Shown: piece after piece, positions 37,538 through 47,600 of the stretch | Layout of the letters: each line of letters begins with the position of its first letter | Numbering within the stretch: the stretch's first letter is position 1 | Assembly: GCA_903900265.1 (NCBI GenBank) | Contig: CAIUMM010000226.1 | Span: 6,893-70,892 of the forward strand | From: an uncultured Pseudomonadota bacterium | Lineage (GTDB): Bacteria; Myxococcota_A; UBA796; SXON01 | Direction of reading: 5' to 3' | Length of the DNA stretch: 64,000 nt | Position numbers and translations under genes: made by a program | The notes under the pieces: generated by a model | Seen by the model: the letters and a program-made list of their open reading frames with translations, nothing else | What the model was told of the DNA's origin: nothing | Databases searched by the model: none

Positions 37538-38662
37538 CACTCCTCGCCCCCAGACCCGAGCGTTCCGTTGGCTCGTGCGACAAGATAAGCATCCATAAAC
37601 GGTTGCAATCGCCCATCCAACACAGCGTCCGTATCGCCCGTCTCTGTTCCGGTGCGCACGTCTTTCACCAAGCGGTAGGGATGAATCACGTAGTTGCGGA
37701 TCTGGCTGCCCCATTCGATCTTCTTCTTGGAAGCGTTGACCAGATCGCGCTCCCCCTCGCGCCGCTCAATCTCCTGCTGATACAACCGAGCCTTCAGCAT
37801 CTTCATCGCCGTCGCGCGATTCTTGTGCTGACTACGCTCGCTTTGGCACTTGACTACGATACCGGAGGGCACATGTGTCAGGCGCACGGCTGAGTCCGTC
37901 GTGTTGACGTGCTGCCCGCCAGCGCCCCCCGAGCGCATCGTATCCATGAGGATGTCGGCCTCATTGACCTGGATGTCGATCTCATCCGCGACGTCCGGAT
38001 AGGCCGCGACCGACGCAAAGCTGGTCTGGCGACGCGCGTTGGCGTCAAAGGGGCTGATGCGGACGAGACGGTGCACGCCGATCTCGCCTTTGAGGTAGCC
38101 GTAGGCGTATTCGCCGTGGATCTCGATGCTGACCGACTTGATCCCCGCCTCTTCGTTGGGCTGCTCGTCGATGACGACGCTCTTGAAGCCCATGCGGTCC
38201 GCCCACCGCAGATACATGCGCTTGAGCATCTCCGCCCAGTCATTGGCGTCCGTGCCACCAGCGCCAGAGTTGATCTCAAGCACCGCGTCCGCTTCGTCGC
38301 CCTCTTCACCGAGCATACGCTGCGTCTCAAGCTTCCGCACCGCAGCATCAATGTCGACGATCGAAGCTGCTGCTTCGGCCTCCAAGGAGGCGTCCTCGGC
38401 TTCGTCCGCCAGCTCGACCAGCGTCTCCACGTCCTCCATCTTGCGATGGACCGAGAGAAACTTTTCAATGCCGCGCTCGAGCGTGGTCTTTTCCCGAAGA
38501 ATCCCTCTGGCCTTGGCGGCATCGTTCCAAAACTCGGGGATGCCCGCCTGTCGCTCCAAATCCGCCACGCGCTCCTGCTTGGAGACTACGTCAAAGATGC
38601 CCCCGGAGGGCGTCGACACGCACTCGCAGGGATGAAACGTTGGCACGAAGATCGGGGAGCAT
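37537..38662 (-). CDS. prfB: peptide chain release factor 2, expressed via programmed +1 frameshift
   Basis: Frame 0: ATG 38662 MLPDLRANVSSLRVRVDALRGHL then TGA at 38593-38591. Frame +1 continues DVVSKQERVADLE... to the stop at 37537 (track ORF 37537..38724). SPF and GGQ motifs (RISPFDANARRQTSF, SGGAGGQHVN). GAGAGG lies 5 nt upstream of the ATG. Confidence 0.95.
38591..38606 (-). other. prfB: prfB programmed +1 ribosomal frameshift site
   Basis: The minus strand reads CC GGG GGC ATC TTT GAC. This is an internal SD-like GGGGG, then CTT TGA C, the same slippery Leu-stop context as E. coli prfB (AGG GGG TAT CTT TGA C). Confidence 0.9.
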
Positions 38663-38689
38663 GACAGCCTCTCGCTACAGGGGCGCTGC

Positions 38690-39157
38690 CTATCCCGACT
38701 GGTGAGCCCGGGCGATGAGCCCACCCGTAGAAGCCCCCAACATCTGCAGCATCCGACCTTCCGCCTCGGTCATCTCCACCGCGTCCTCCGGCAGGATGTG
38801 GTCGTATCCAAGCAGATGTAGGAACCCATGGACGAGAAGGGTGCGTACCTCCTCGGCTATGCTGTGACCATACTCACCCGCCTGCCGAGTAGCTGTATCA
38901 ATCGAGATGACAATATCACCGAGGATCTCTGGATTTATATCTGCAATATCTCCCTCACCCATCGCAAAAGACAACACATCGGTGCTTGCATCAACGCCCC
39001 GCCATTGTCGATTCAGCGCGTGGATGAACGCGTCATCGCAGAGCACGATGGAGAGCTCGGATGCGCCAAGATCGGCGTGCGTCATCAACGCGTTCGCATC
39101 GATCCGGACGGCCTCGTCGGCCCACGTGGTCCCTTCATGACGAACCTCAACGCTCAT
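38690..39157 (-). CDS. ybeY: rRNA maturation endoribonuclease YbeY
   Basis: 155 aa. Motifs TDVLSF and HGFLHLLGYDH (Zn site). ATGA overlap with the upstream stop. Confidence 0.93.
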   Translation of the reverse strand: MSVEVRHEGTTWADEAVRIDANALMTHADLGASELSIVLCDDAFIHALNRQWRGVDASTDVLSFAMGEGDIADINPEILGDIVISIDTATRQAGEYGHSIAEEVRTLLVHGFLHLLGYDHILPEDAVEMTEAEGRMLQMLGASTGGLIARAHQSG

Positions 39158-41601
39158 TCGTCGGACTCCCGGCGATGAACCCCGGGTAGCTGCTCGGCAG
39201 ACTCGTAGTCAATCATCCCCGAAGCGGCCGGAGAGCTGCTCGCAGCATCGGGGCTGCCCGGGGGCGGCGGCGACAAAGGGTTCAGGATCTCGAGGGTGAT
39301 GGTCCCCTGACGCGGCACAGGCACAAACCTCCCCTTCCCCGAGGAGATCGACGCCGTAGCGGGGTACTCGATGCGGTGATGGTAAATGCCAAGCAGCACC
39401 ATCGTGAACGTGTCGGCGATCTGGTACAGCTCTTTCAGGGTGAGCGGGCACTGTTCGAGCTGACCATCGACCATCACGCTGTTGACGATCTGCTGGATCA
39501 TCGCCCGAATGCGGGCTTCGCTGGGGTCCTTGATCGTCCGGCACGCGGCTTCGACCTTGTCCGCCAGCATGATCACCCCCGCTTCACGCGAGTCCGGCTT
39601 GGGTCCGGGGTACCGGAACCGCGCCTCGTCCACAACGTCATCCGGACCGGCGTGCTCCTTCGCTTTCGCGTAAAAATACTGGATCAGCCCGGTGCCGTGA
39701 TGCATGAAGATCTGGTCGATGATCGGCCGCGGAAGCTTGTACTGCTCGGCGAGCGCCCCGCCTTCAATGACATGATTGATGATCAGCTGCGCGGAGTGTT
39801 CGGCCGACAAGCGATCGTGGCGATTCCCGGACTCGCGCTGGTTTTCGACAAAATACTGAGGCTTCAGCCCTTTACCGATATCGTGAAAATAGCAGGCTAC
39901 CCTGGCCAACAGCGCGTTGGCTCCGATGGCCTCGCACGCTGCCTCCGACAAGGAGCCGACGATCACCGAGTGATGGTAGGTCCCCGGCGCACGCAGCATG
40001 AGCTGGCGCAGCAACGGATGGTTGAGGTTGGATAGCTCGAGCAGCTTGTAGTCCGTCGTAAAGCCGAACACCTCAAACGCCGGGATCGCCAGCAGCGCGA
40101 GGGCCGCGTTCAAGAAGCCCGCCGCCAGCGCGATCGACGCGAGGATGACCACCGACATCAGGTCAGGCACCGACTCCCCGGCGGGCCCCTGGCTCCGAAC
40201 CAAGGTCATCAACACGACGGCGCCGGCGCCTAATAGCCCGGCTTGAAGGCCCGCCCGCACCACCGCGAGGCGCTCGCGAGCCTGGCCCACGCCCGCCGCC
40301 GCGACCAGAGCGGTCATCAAGTAGAACACGGCGAGCAGCGCGCTCTGATCGGTCATCGCCGCGCAACACAGCGAGGCGACCATCGCCCAGATCAACGCGC
40401 TCTCGCTGTTCACCAACACCCGAACCACCATCGCACCGGCGGCGACCGGGGCCAACAACGCCAAACCTGAAGCGTCCAGACCGGGCAACACCCACGCGGC
40501 GGCGGTCGCCGACAACACTCGAGACACCGCGAGCACGGAGACAAGCACGCCCCCCATCGCGAAGAGGTCGTCATCGCGCTGCGAGAACTTCCGGATGGTC
40601 GCGCGCGCAAACCCAAGCGCCGTCAACAACAGCATCACCACGTACGCGAGCCACGTCCCAAACATCAGACGACCGCCGCCCTGATAGGCCGCCGCGAGCG
40701 CCTCCAACATCTGCACCTGATTGGCCCCGACGACATCCCCCGCACGAACAATGCGCGTGCCGCGACGAACCTGCACATCCACGACGGGGATCGCATCGCG
40801 GGCTTCGGCCTGACGCTGACCCGTGAGCACCGGATCGAAGCGAAGGTTCGGTCGGATGCCGGCGCGGGCGATGGTCGCAGCAGCTTTCACGAGGTCAGGC
40901 TGACGGCTGCCCGCAAATCGTTCGAGCACATAGAGGCTCACCGCTTGCCCAGCCTCCTCGGTGGTTCGAACTTGCCCGTAGTCGTCGAGCATGACCTCGT
41001 CGACCTCCTGTCCCCCCAACAGGTTTCGAATGGCGATCGGACGGGGTGGGCTCGGCAAATCGGAGCGGTCTTCGATGACACTTCGCCGCATCGCGACGCC
41101 AAGCAGCTCCAGCGTCATCTCCTCTGCGTCGGTGCTGTAGCCTCCGTCGGCGATGGGCAAAAGGTCAGATATGCCCACCTTCAAGTCCAGCGCAGTGGCA
41201 AAGTCGGCGAGCACCGGATCGGGAGCGTCGACTTGGCCACGCTTGGGCACCGCGCGCGCACCAGCCTCCGCCGCATACCGCCGGCGGGCCATGTCGAAGG
41301 CCTGTGTGATGCGATTCTCGACGCGCCGAAGCGCGGTGATATCCGCCTCAAAAACCGGATCAACGCGCTGCTCAGCGGCGCCCTGCCGCTCGTCCGTCGT
41401 GTCCTGATCCCGAAAGGTGTAGGAGATCGGAGCGACTACGTCGTGGGGAGACAGATCCCCCACACGCAGCGTGACATCCGGTGCGGCCGCAAAGTCCGTC
41501 ATGAACCCGGCGCTCAACAAGCACACCAACGCCAGCACACCGGGGCGAACCACGCCACGGCGCACCGCATAGGCCTTTAGCTGCTCAATCGCGGTTGCCA
41601 T
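39154..41601 (-). CDS. 7TM-HD (HDIG) membrane phosphohydrolase, PgpH/YqfF family
   Basis: Track ORF 39154..41646; ATG 41601 (GTG 41565 is an alternative). Large extracytoplasmic N-domain, seven hydrophobic helices, C-terminal HD domain (HHSVIVGSL, YFHDIGK, HHG). Confidence 0.85.
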   Translation of the reverse strand: MATAIEQLKAYAVRRGVVRPGVLALVCLLSAGFMTDFAAAPDVTLRVGDLSPHDVVAPISYTFRDQDTTDERQGAAEQRVDPVFEADITALRRVENRITQAFDMARRRYAAEAGARAVPKRGQVDAPDPVLADFATALDLKVGISDLLPIADGGYSTDAEEMTLELLGVAMRRSVIEDRSDLPSPPRPIAIRNLLGGQEVDEVMLDDYGQVRTTEEAGQAVSLYVLERFAGSRQPDLVKAAATIARAGIRPNLRFDPVLTGQRQAEARDAIPVVDVQVRRGTRIVRAGDVVGANQVQMLEALAAAYQGGGRLMFGTWLAYVVMLLLTALGFARATIRKFSQRDDDLFAMGGVLVSVLAVSRVLSATAAAWVLPGLDASGLALLAPVAAGAMVVRVLVNSESALIWAMVASLCCAAMTDQSALLAVFYLMTALVAAAGVGQARERLAVVRAGLQAGLLGAGAVVLMTLVRSQGPAGESVPDLMSVVILASIALAAGFLNAALALLAIPAFEVFGFTTDYKLLELSNLNHPLLRQLMLRAPGTYHHSVIVGSLSEAACEAIGANALLARVACYFHDIGKGLKPQYFVENQRESGNRHDRLSAEHSAQLIINHVIEGGALAEQYKLPRPIIDQIFMHHGTGLIQYFYAKAKEHAGPDDVVDEARFRYPGPKPDSREAGVIMLADKVEAACRTIKDPSEARIRAMIQQIVNSVMVDGQLEQCPLTLKELYQIADTFTMVLLGIYHHRIEYPATASISSGKGRFVPVPRQGTITLEILNPLSPPPPGSPDAASSSPAASGMIDYESAEQLPGVHRRESDE

Positions 41602-42559
41602 CACCCTCTCGCGTATGGCGACGATCGTAGGCGCGCACGATTTCACTCACCAACGCGTGCCGGACGACATCCCTGTCGGAGAAGCGAACCATCGCGATGC
41701 GGTCGATGCCTTCCAGAATTCCAACCGCATCCAGCAAGCCCGAGCGCTGATGACGCGGCAGGTCAACCTGAGAAGGGTCACCGGTCACCGCGGCGCGCGA
41801 GTCTGTCCCCAAGCGGGTCAGGAACATCTTCATCTGCTCTGGCGTCGTGTTTTGAGCTTCGTCAAGGATGATGAAGCTGTTGCTCAGCGTACGACCACGC
41901 ATGAACGCAAGCGGAGCGACCTCGATGACGCCCTTTTGAAACAATCGCGCGCCGCGCTCGTCGTCCACCATGTCATGCAACGCGTCGTACAACGGACGCA
42001 AATACGGATTGACCTTCTCCTCGAGATCTCCAGGTAGATAACCGAGCTTCTCCCCAGCCTCCACGGCTGGGCGACACAAAACGATACGTTTCACTTTATC
42101 GGATAGCAACGCCGCCACAGCGACGGCCATAGCAAGGTACGTTTTGCCGGTACCCGCCGGCCCGAGACCAAACACAATGTCGTTGTTGTCGAAGGCGTGG
42201 ATGTACTGTTTTTGGGTAGGAGTACGCGGAAAGATACTGCGCCGCTTCGGTCCCACCAGCACCACATCTCCGTGGTAGTCTTGGAGGCGCGCATCGGGTT
42301 CGGCGCGCAACAAGCGCACCGCCTGCTCTACGTCGGGCCCAGTGATCGCCACGCCGCTCGCCGACAGTGCGTAGAGCTGCTCCAACGCACGCGCAGCCGT
42401 CGCTACCGCCGCGGGCTCTCCGGTCACACGCAACTGCCCGCCTCGCTGGGCCACCCGCACGCCCGCGGCCTTGCCGATCACGTGCAGGTTTCGACCAAGC
42501 TCGCCGGCGACTTCGCGAAGGCGATCTGCATCGTTGAAATCCAGAAGTTGTTCGAAGAT
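41585..42559 (-). CDS. phoH: PhoH-family ATPase (PhoH-like/YbeZ)
   Basis: Walker A GPAGTGKT, LCRPAVEAGEKLGYLPGDL, ILDEAQN. The track starts at GTG 42481, but the in-frame upstream sequence IFEQLLDFNDADRLREVAGELGRNLH looks like the conserved PhoH N-terminus. It is preceded by AGGAG at 5 nt, which suggests an ATC start at 42559. The 5' end is uncertain. Confidence 0.85.
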   Translation of the reverse strand: MFEQLLDFNDADRLREVAGELGRNLHVIGKAAGVRVAQRGGQLRVTGEPAAVATAARALEQLYALSASGVAITGPDVEQAVRLLRAEPDARLQDYHGDVVLVGPKRRSIFPRTPTQKQYIHAFDNNDIVFGLGPAGTGKTYLAMAVAVAALLSDKVKRIVLCRPAVEAGEKLGYLPGDLEEKVNPYLRPLYDALHDMVDDERGARLFQKGVIEVAPLAFMRGRTLSNSFIILDEAQNTTPEQMKMFLTRLGTDSRAAVTGDPSQVDLPRHQRSGLLDAVGILEGIDRIAMVRFSDRDVVRHALVSEIVRAYDRRHTREGDGNRD

Positions 42560-42684
42560 GAGGGCTCCTCTCCAGACGGACTGGGGTGCAGGGAACGGAC
42601 GACCTATTCAATATAGTCCCTTGTCGTCCTCCGCCGGCGCCGTGCCCGTGCATGTTGACCGCAATTTCGGATAGCCGTGCCCAC

Positions 42685-43632
42685 ATGATCGTCGGAATTC
42701 CCAAAGAGACCCTCCCTGGAGAGGGCCGCGTCGCGTGCGTCCCCTCCGGTGTGCGTACGCTGCGCGCCGCCGGACACGCTGTCCTCATCGAACAAGACGC
42801 CGGGCTGCGCAGCGGGTTCGGCGACGACGAGTACATTCGAGCCGGCGCTGAGGTCGTCGGAACCGCCGAAGATTTGTACGAACGCGCGGCGTTGATTTGG
42901 AAGGTTTTAGCGCCGTCCACCTACGAGAGCAGCTTGTTTCGGAGCGGTCAACGCCTGTTGGCGTTGCTGCCGAGGGGAGCCGCGCTGCCGAAGGACGCGC
43001 GCGCCGTGGACGGGCTGCTCTGGCCCGGGCCCGCCGGCGACTTTCCCGCGCGCGTCGCGATGAGCGAGATCGCCGGGCGACTCGCCGTGGAGGCCGCGAG
43101 TCACGTACTTCAGCAGCCAAACGGCGGCCGGGGGCTGCTCTTGGGTGGCGTCGCCGGTGTGCCCCCCGCGGAGGTGGTCATCCTCGGCGCCGGTGTGGCA
43201 GGGCGGGGAGCCGCCGATCTCGCCCTCGGAATGGGCGCGCGCGTCACCGTCCTCGACACGTCCCTGCCCGCCCTCCGTGCGCTGCGAACCACCACCCTCG
43301 TTGCGACCCCGGCGGCGATTGAGCGGGCGCTCGCGCAGGCGGACGTCGTCATCGCAGCCGTGCGCGTACCGGGAGAGCCCGCCCCGCGCCTGTGCCGCGC
43401 CGCACACTTGACGCTGATGCAACCTGGCGCCGTCGTCGTGGATCTGTCGATCGCCGAGGGCGGCGCGTTCGAGACCACGCCACACACCTCGTTGCACGAG
43501 CCCAGCGTCATCGTCAACGGAATTGTGCATATCGGAGTGCCCAACTTCGCTGGGGCTGTACCGCGCACCGCCTCCGTTGCGTTGTCGCACGCGTGGATAG
43601 GCTGCGCGATGCAGCTCGTCGCAACCCAGTAG
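42685..43632 (+). CDS. alanine dehydrogenase / PNT-family NAD-binding protein (short form)
   Basis: Track ORF 42586..43632; ATG 42685 (MIVGIPKETLPGEGRVACVPSGV...). Rossmann motif VVILGAGVAGRGAA. About 315 aa, shorter than canonical Ald. Confidence 0.75.
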   Translation: MIVGIPKETLPGEGRVACVPSGVRTLRAAGHAVLIEQDAGLRSGFGDDEYIRAGAEVVGTAEDLYERAALIWKVLAPSTYESSLFRSGQRLLALLPRGAALPKDARAVDGLLWPGPAGDFPARVAMSEIAGRLAVEAASHVLQQPNGGRGLLLGGVAGVPPAEVVILGAGVAGRGAADLALGMGARVTVLDTSLPALRALRTTTLVATPAAIERALAQADVVIAAVRVPGEPAPRLCRAAHLTLMQPGAVVVDLSIAEGGAFETTPHTSLHEPSVIVNGIVHIGVPNFAGAVPRTASVALSHAWIGCAMQLVATQ

Positions 43633-43634
43633 CC

Positions 43635-44807
43635 TTAGTTGGCCTTTTCCTTGAGCATCTTGACCGCCATCTGGGTCAAGGTGCTCGAAACGTTCTTGTT
43701 TCTGGAAAGTGCGCCGAGGTCCCGCGCCTGTAGTCTCCCGACGAACGGGATGCTGATGGCGACCGGAGTACGCGGATTACCCACCAGCGCCACCTGCACC
43801 GGGTACTTTCGAATCCACTCTTTGTTGGCCGCAAGCTCACGTAAGATCTCCGGGTACATGTTCCGGTTTCCGGCATGAGCGAGCACCTCGGCGTCGGTGA
43901 GACGCCCGCTCTTGACCACAGCCGAAGCCACCATCTTGGACCGGTCGCGAATCAGGATGTTTCGCGCCTCTTTGTTTCCAAGAAAAGCAAGCTTGATCTT
44001 CTTTCCTGTGCTCATCGCACGAATGCGCTTTTCGATGCTCAGGCGCACTTCTTCATTCGCGTCCCCGTCATCCAAAAGATCGAGGCTGAACTCGTCGTCG
44101 TTCTTGAAATCAAAGGAGAAGCCAGCCACACCGCCGTTGAGGCTGTTCAAATCGAACATTGCTAGCTTCTGCTGGGCTTCGAGCATCGGCGACACCCGTC
44201 CCTCGAGGGCGGCGGCGATCTCCGCCTCCACGTCAAACGCAGGTGGCGGCGGCGCAGCCACCGCCTGTCCCCTCGTCTTGGGGCGTTCGGGAGGGAGCAG
44301 GGGTTCATCTTGGTTCATCCGCAAGAACGCGAGCACCCGCTCGAGCGTCGCGTCCGGACAGTCCGGGTTGGCGTGCAAGCCCACCGCGATCTGTGGCGTG
44401 ATCAACAATCGCGTGTGGTTATCGGCGATGAGCTCACACAGCAGCGCGTCGGCTCGCTCGGCGATCAGCACCGCCGTCCGATCGTTGGCGCCGCGAATCT
44501 GCAGCAGCTCCGCGTCCAGCGCTCCGTCCGTGCGCACCGTCGCGAGCAGCTCCAACACCTTGGGATGGGTGCGCTGACTCAGCGCACGCTCTAAGCCTGG
44601 CAGGGTACGCAGCGTCGCGATGGCCGCGTCCCGCACCTCGGGCTCCAAGTCACAGGCGAGCACGTACAGGGCGCTCAACACCGCCTCGCCCTCCGCGCCC
44701 GGGAGCGCCCCCTTCGCGCACGAGAGGCGCACCGAACGCGGCGAGCCCGGCTCGATCAAACGACGGAGGTCGTCATCAATCGCAAGCTTGTCCCATGGGA
44801 TACTCAT
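43635..44807 (-). CDS. conserved hypothetical protein with HEAT/ARM-like helical repeats
   Basis: Track ORF 43635..45011. ATG 44807 overlaps the coaX stop (ATGA) and gives MSIPWDKLAIDDD... Helical repeats; conserved-looking C-terminus (LGNKEARNILIRDRSKMVASAVVKSGRLTDAEV...VALVGNPRTP). Confidence 0.65.
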   Translation of the reverse strand: MSIPWDKLAIDDDLRRLIEPGSPRSVRLSCAKGALPGAEGEAVLSALYVLACDLEPEVRDAAIATLRTLPGLERALSQRTHPKVLELLATVRTDGALDAELLQIRGANDRTAVLIAERADALLCELIADNHTRLLITPQIAVGLHANPDCPDATLERVLAFLRMNQDEPLLPPERPKTRGQAVAAPPPPAFDVEAEIAAALEGRVSPMLEAQQKLAMFDLNSLNGGVAGFSFDFKNDDEFSLDLLDDGDANEEVRLSIEKRIRAMSTGKKIKLAFLGNKEARNILIRDRSKMVASAVVKSGRLTDAEVLAHAGNRNMYPEILRELAANKEWIRKYPVQVALVGNPRTPVAISIPFVGRLQARDLGALSRNKNVSSTLTQMAVKMLKEKAN

Positions 44808-45586
44808 GTCGACTCCTCTACTGGCTTTTGATCGAACCACAGGCGAAGTCCAGCGAGCGTGAGGTGCTCGTCCACGTCGTCGATCTCCGCGCAGGCGCGC
44901 CCGACGAGGTTCGCCAACCCACCGGTCGCAATGCAAGGGACCCGGCTGCCCGCCCCAAGCTGCGCCTTGCAGCGACGCGCGAGCCCGTCCACAAGGCCTA
45001 CGTAGCCCCAAAATAAGCCAGACTGCATCGCGGATACCGTGTTCGTGCCGATAGGCACCACCGGCTCCATGATCTCTACGCGCGGCAAGCGGGAGGTGCG
45101 CTGGAAGAGCGCGTCTGCCGAGATCTGCAGCCCCGGCGCGATGGCGCCGCCCACATAAGCACCGCTGGCGTCCACCGCGTCAAAGGTCGTGGCGGTCCCA
45201 AAGTCGACGATCAGGAACGGAGGCTGAAAGCGGCTCCGCGCGGCGATGCAGTTCACCACGCGATCCGGCCCAAGCTCATGCGGGTTGTCTACCCGAATCG
45301 CCATTCCCAGATCAGCCCCCTTGCCGAGCACGCGCGCAGGCAGCTTCAAGTAGCGGCGCGTGGCCTTCTCAATCGCGTAGATCGTGCTCGGCACCACCGA
45401 GCAGACCGCGACCCCGCGAATCTGCGAAGCCGGCACGCCTTCGTGTGCAAACAACTGGATTAGAAGAAGCCCAAACTCATCGGTCGTGCGCTGGAGCGTG
45501 GAGATACGCCAGGTGTGAACGACGGTTGCGCCTTGGTAGAGGCCAAGGACGGTGTTGGTGTTGCCGACATCAATCACGAGGAGCAT
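44804..45586 (-). CDS. coaX: type III pantothenate kinase
   Basis: Track ORF 44804..45817; ATG 45586 (MLLVIDVGNTNTVLGLY). Also VDFGTATTFD and an ASKHA-fold pattern. Confidence 0.9.
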   Translation of the reverse strand: MLLVIDVGNTNTVLGLYQGATVVHTWRISTLQRTTDEFGLLLIQLFAHEGVPASQIRGVAVCSVVPSTIYAIEKATRRYLKLPARVLGKGADLGMAIRVDNPHELGPDRVVNCIAARSRFQPPFLIVDFGTATTFDAVDASGAYVGGAIAPGLQISADALFQRTSRLPRVEIMEPVVPIGTNTVSAMQSGLFWGYVGLVDGLARRCKAQLGAGSRVPCIATGGLANLVGRACAEIDDVDEHLTLAGLRLWFDQKPVEEST

Positions 45587-45641
45587 ATGCGCGCTTATCG
45601 CGTCAGCGGGCGCGTACGCAGTTCCGCAATAAGACCACACC

Positions 45642-46283
45642 ATGGCCAACCCCACCGCCCCGTTCGATGCGGCAACTGAGCGCATCCTTCCTTCGTCCCG
45701 AGTGTGTCGGGTCCATCTCTTCCGGCACGCCGAGGTGGTCGGCGCGGGCGAGCGCCTCTGCAGGGGACAGATCGACGTGCCGTTGTCCGCGCGCGGGGAA
45801 CAGCAGACTCTGGCCACCGCAACGCGTTGGCGAGGCCCCTACGACCGGGTTTACACCTCCGATCTACAACGGTGCGCGGCGCTCGCGCATCAACTACAAG
45901 GGGCAAGCCCGCTCGTCTCGACCCCGAGGCTCCGCGAACAAAACATGGGAGATTGGGAGGGCGTCTCCTGGGCCGAGCTGACTCAGCGCGACCCCACCGG
46001 GACCTCGGCCTACTGGGACGACTACGTCAACGCCCGTCCTCCCGGAGGCGAGTCCTTCGGCGCGCTCAGCGACCGCGTCACCGCGTGGTGGTCGGACGAG
46101 CAACCGGAGGGGAACATCGCGATCGTGACCCACATCGGATGCATCCGGGCGCTGGTGTGCAGCTGGCTGGGCTTGGGGGCCCACGAAGGTCTACGCTTTG
46201 CGCCGGACTACGCGTCCCACAGCGAGTGCTTGCTTGCAGATGCTGGTGTCGTCATTGTCAAATTTGGGGAAACGGCGAGTTGA
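45642..46283 (+). CDS. histidine phosphatase family protein (phosphoglycerate mutase/CobC-like)
   Basis: RHAEV (RHG-type) motif, YTSDLQRC, IVTHIGCIRAL. The 3' end overlaps the convergent glycosyltransferase by 26 nt. Confidence 0.8.
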   Translation: MANPTAPFDAATERILPSSRVCRVHLFRHAEVVGAGERLCRGQIDVPLSARGEQQTLATATRWRGPYDRVYTSDLQRCAALAHQLQGASPLVSTPRLREQNMGDWEGVSWAELTQRDPTGTSAYWDDYVNARPPGGESFGALSDRVTAWWSDEQPEGNIAIVTHIGCIRALVCSWLGLGAHEGLRFAPDYASHSECLLADAGVVIVKFGETAS

Positions 46284-47241
46284 TGCGACGAAGCACCTTC
46301 TCGTAAACCCGGCTCGTCGCCTCGGTCATGCGTTGGGCGCTGAACTGCGCCGCGCGGGCGACGCCTACCCCCACCGGGCTCAAAAGCGCCTTGCGCATCC
46401 CCGACGCCAGAGCGTCTACGTCTCCCGGAGCGACGAGCACGCCGGTGTCGCCCAACACCTCAGGGATTCCCCCCGCGGCGGACGCCACAACGCGACACCC
46501 CGCGGACATCGCTTCGATCACCGCCTGTCCCATGCCCTCTTCCAAGGACGGGTGTACAAAGACATCGATGGCAGCCAGAAACCCGGCAACATCTGGGAGC
46601 TGCCCGATCAGATGTACGCGATCAGCGAGCCCGAGCCGGGCGATGTGCGCGGAGAGCGCGGCGCGGAGCGGTCCCTCCCCGGCGATGAACAACGAGCCCG
46701 GGAGCTGCTTCATCGCGTCGATCGCCACACGATGCCCCTTGTGCTCGACGAGCGCACCTACGCAACCGAAGCGTGGGCCGGGAGCTTGGAGCCAGCGCGC
46801 ATCGGCAGCGCCGCACACCGCCGCCACGCCGTCCGGCACGACGTCTAAACGAGCAGCGTCTACCCCAAGCGCGCGCATGACGGAAGCCACCGCCTGACTG
46901 ACGGCGATCACATGCTCGGCACGGCGATACTTCCACGCAGAAGGCACAAAATCAACACGGCGATGTATCACGGTGCGTTGGCCTGCCAACAGCGCGATCA
47001 TCGCCGAGTGGGGCGTGTGCGCAGCGACAAACGGCAAGTCTTTGCACTGTCGCAGAGTCCAAACATTGAGGGGATGCTGACCGGGGCGCAACGGTACGAG
47101 CGGCGGACCGATGCGCTGCGCGAGCGCACCATCCGGCACGCCGGCCCATGCATCCAACGGACGCGCCTGAAGCAACAATTCAAGTTGACGCTGCCCTCCT
47201 CGCCACTCCGTGGAGGTGTCAATGTGAAGCACCCGCGTCAC
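46258..47241 (-). CDS. glycosyltransferase, GT4/group 1 family
   Basis: Track ORF 46258..47760. GTG 47241 overlaps the upstream stop (GTGA) and gives VTRVLHIDTSTEWRGGQRQ. C-terminal EX7E region HPSLEEGMGQAVIEAMSAG. Confidence 0.8.
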   Translation of the reverse strand: MTRVLHIDTSTEWRGGQRQLELLLQARPLDAWAGVPDGALAQRIGPPLVPLRPGQHPLNVWTLRQCKDLPFVAAHTPHSAMIALLAGQRTVIHRRVDFVPSAWKYRRAEHVIAVSQAVASVMRALGVDAARLDVVPDGVAAVCGAADARWLQAPGPRFGCVGALVEHKGHRVAIDAMKQLPGSLFIAGEGPLRAALSAHIARLGLADRVHLIGQLPDVAGFLAAIDVFVHPSLEEGMGQAVIEAMSAGCRVVASAAGGIPEVLGDTGVLVAPGDVDALASGMRKALLSPVGVGVARAAQFSAQRMTEATSRVYEKVLRRINSPFPQI

Positions 47242-47600
47242 GCTTTGGAATCCCCCGACTCCAACGCCACCGTGAGCACCCACTCCGGCGCGAGTCCAAA
47301 AACGGTCATGTCGACGCGGTCGCGTACGAACGTCACGCCTTCGGCCTCCAGCAGCGCACGCTGGAGGACCGATCGACCCGGCGCGCCTTGTGCCGCGATC
47401 TGGCCCGAGGATCGCAGGACGCGCTGCCAGGGAACTTCGGTGTCGGAAGGGAGCGCCGCCAGCGCCCACCCCACCTGACGCGCCATTCCAGCCGTACCCA
47501 AGGCGCTCGCCACATGGCCATAGCCCATCACCCGGCCCGCTGGGATCGTGCTCACGACCGCGTAGACCCGTTCCCGAAAGCCGGGGCTCGTCGCCCTCAA
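47238..47600 (-). CDS. alkyltransferase-like (ATL) protein: MGMT DNA-binding domain with Trp in place of the acceptor Cys
   Basis: Track ORF 47238..47876; TTG 47600 overlaps the ABC-transporter stop (TTGA). Motifs FRERVYAVVSTIPAGRVMGYGHVA and VPWQRVL (PCHR -> PWQR). Confidence 0.7.
   Translation of the reverse strand: MRATSPGFRERVYAVVSTIPAGRVMGYGHVASALGTAGMARQVGWALAALPSDTEVPWQRVLRSSGQIAAQGAPGRSVLQRALLEAEGVTFVRDRVDMTVFGLAPEWVLTVALESGDSKA

Noticed and set aside
42096-42920. 274-aa minus-strand ORF overlapping phoH
   Set aside because: It is in a different frame from the clear PhoH ATPase sequence and has no motifs.
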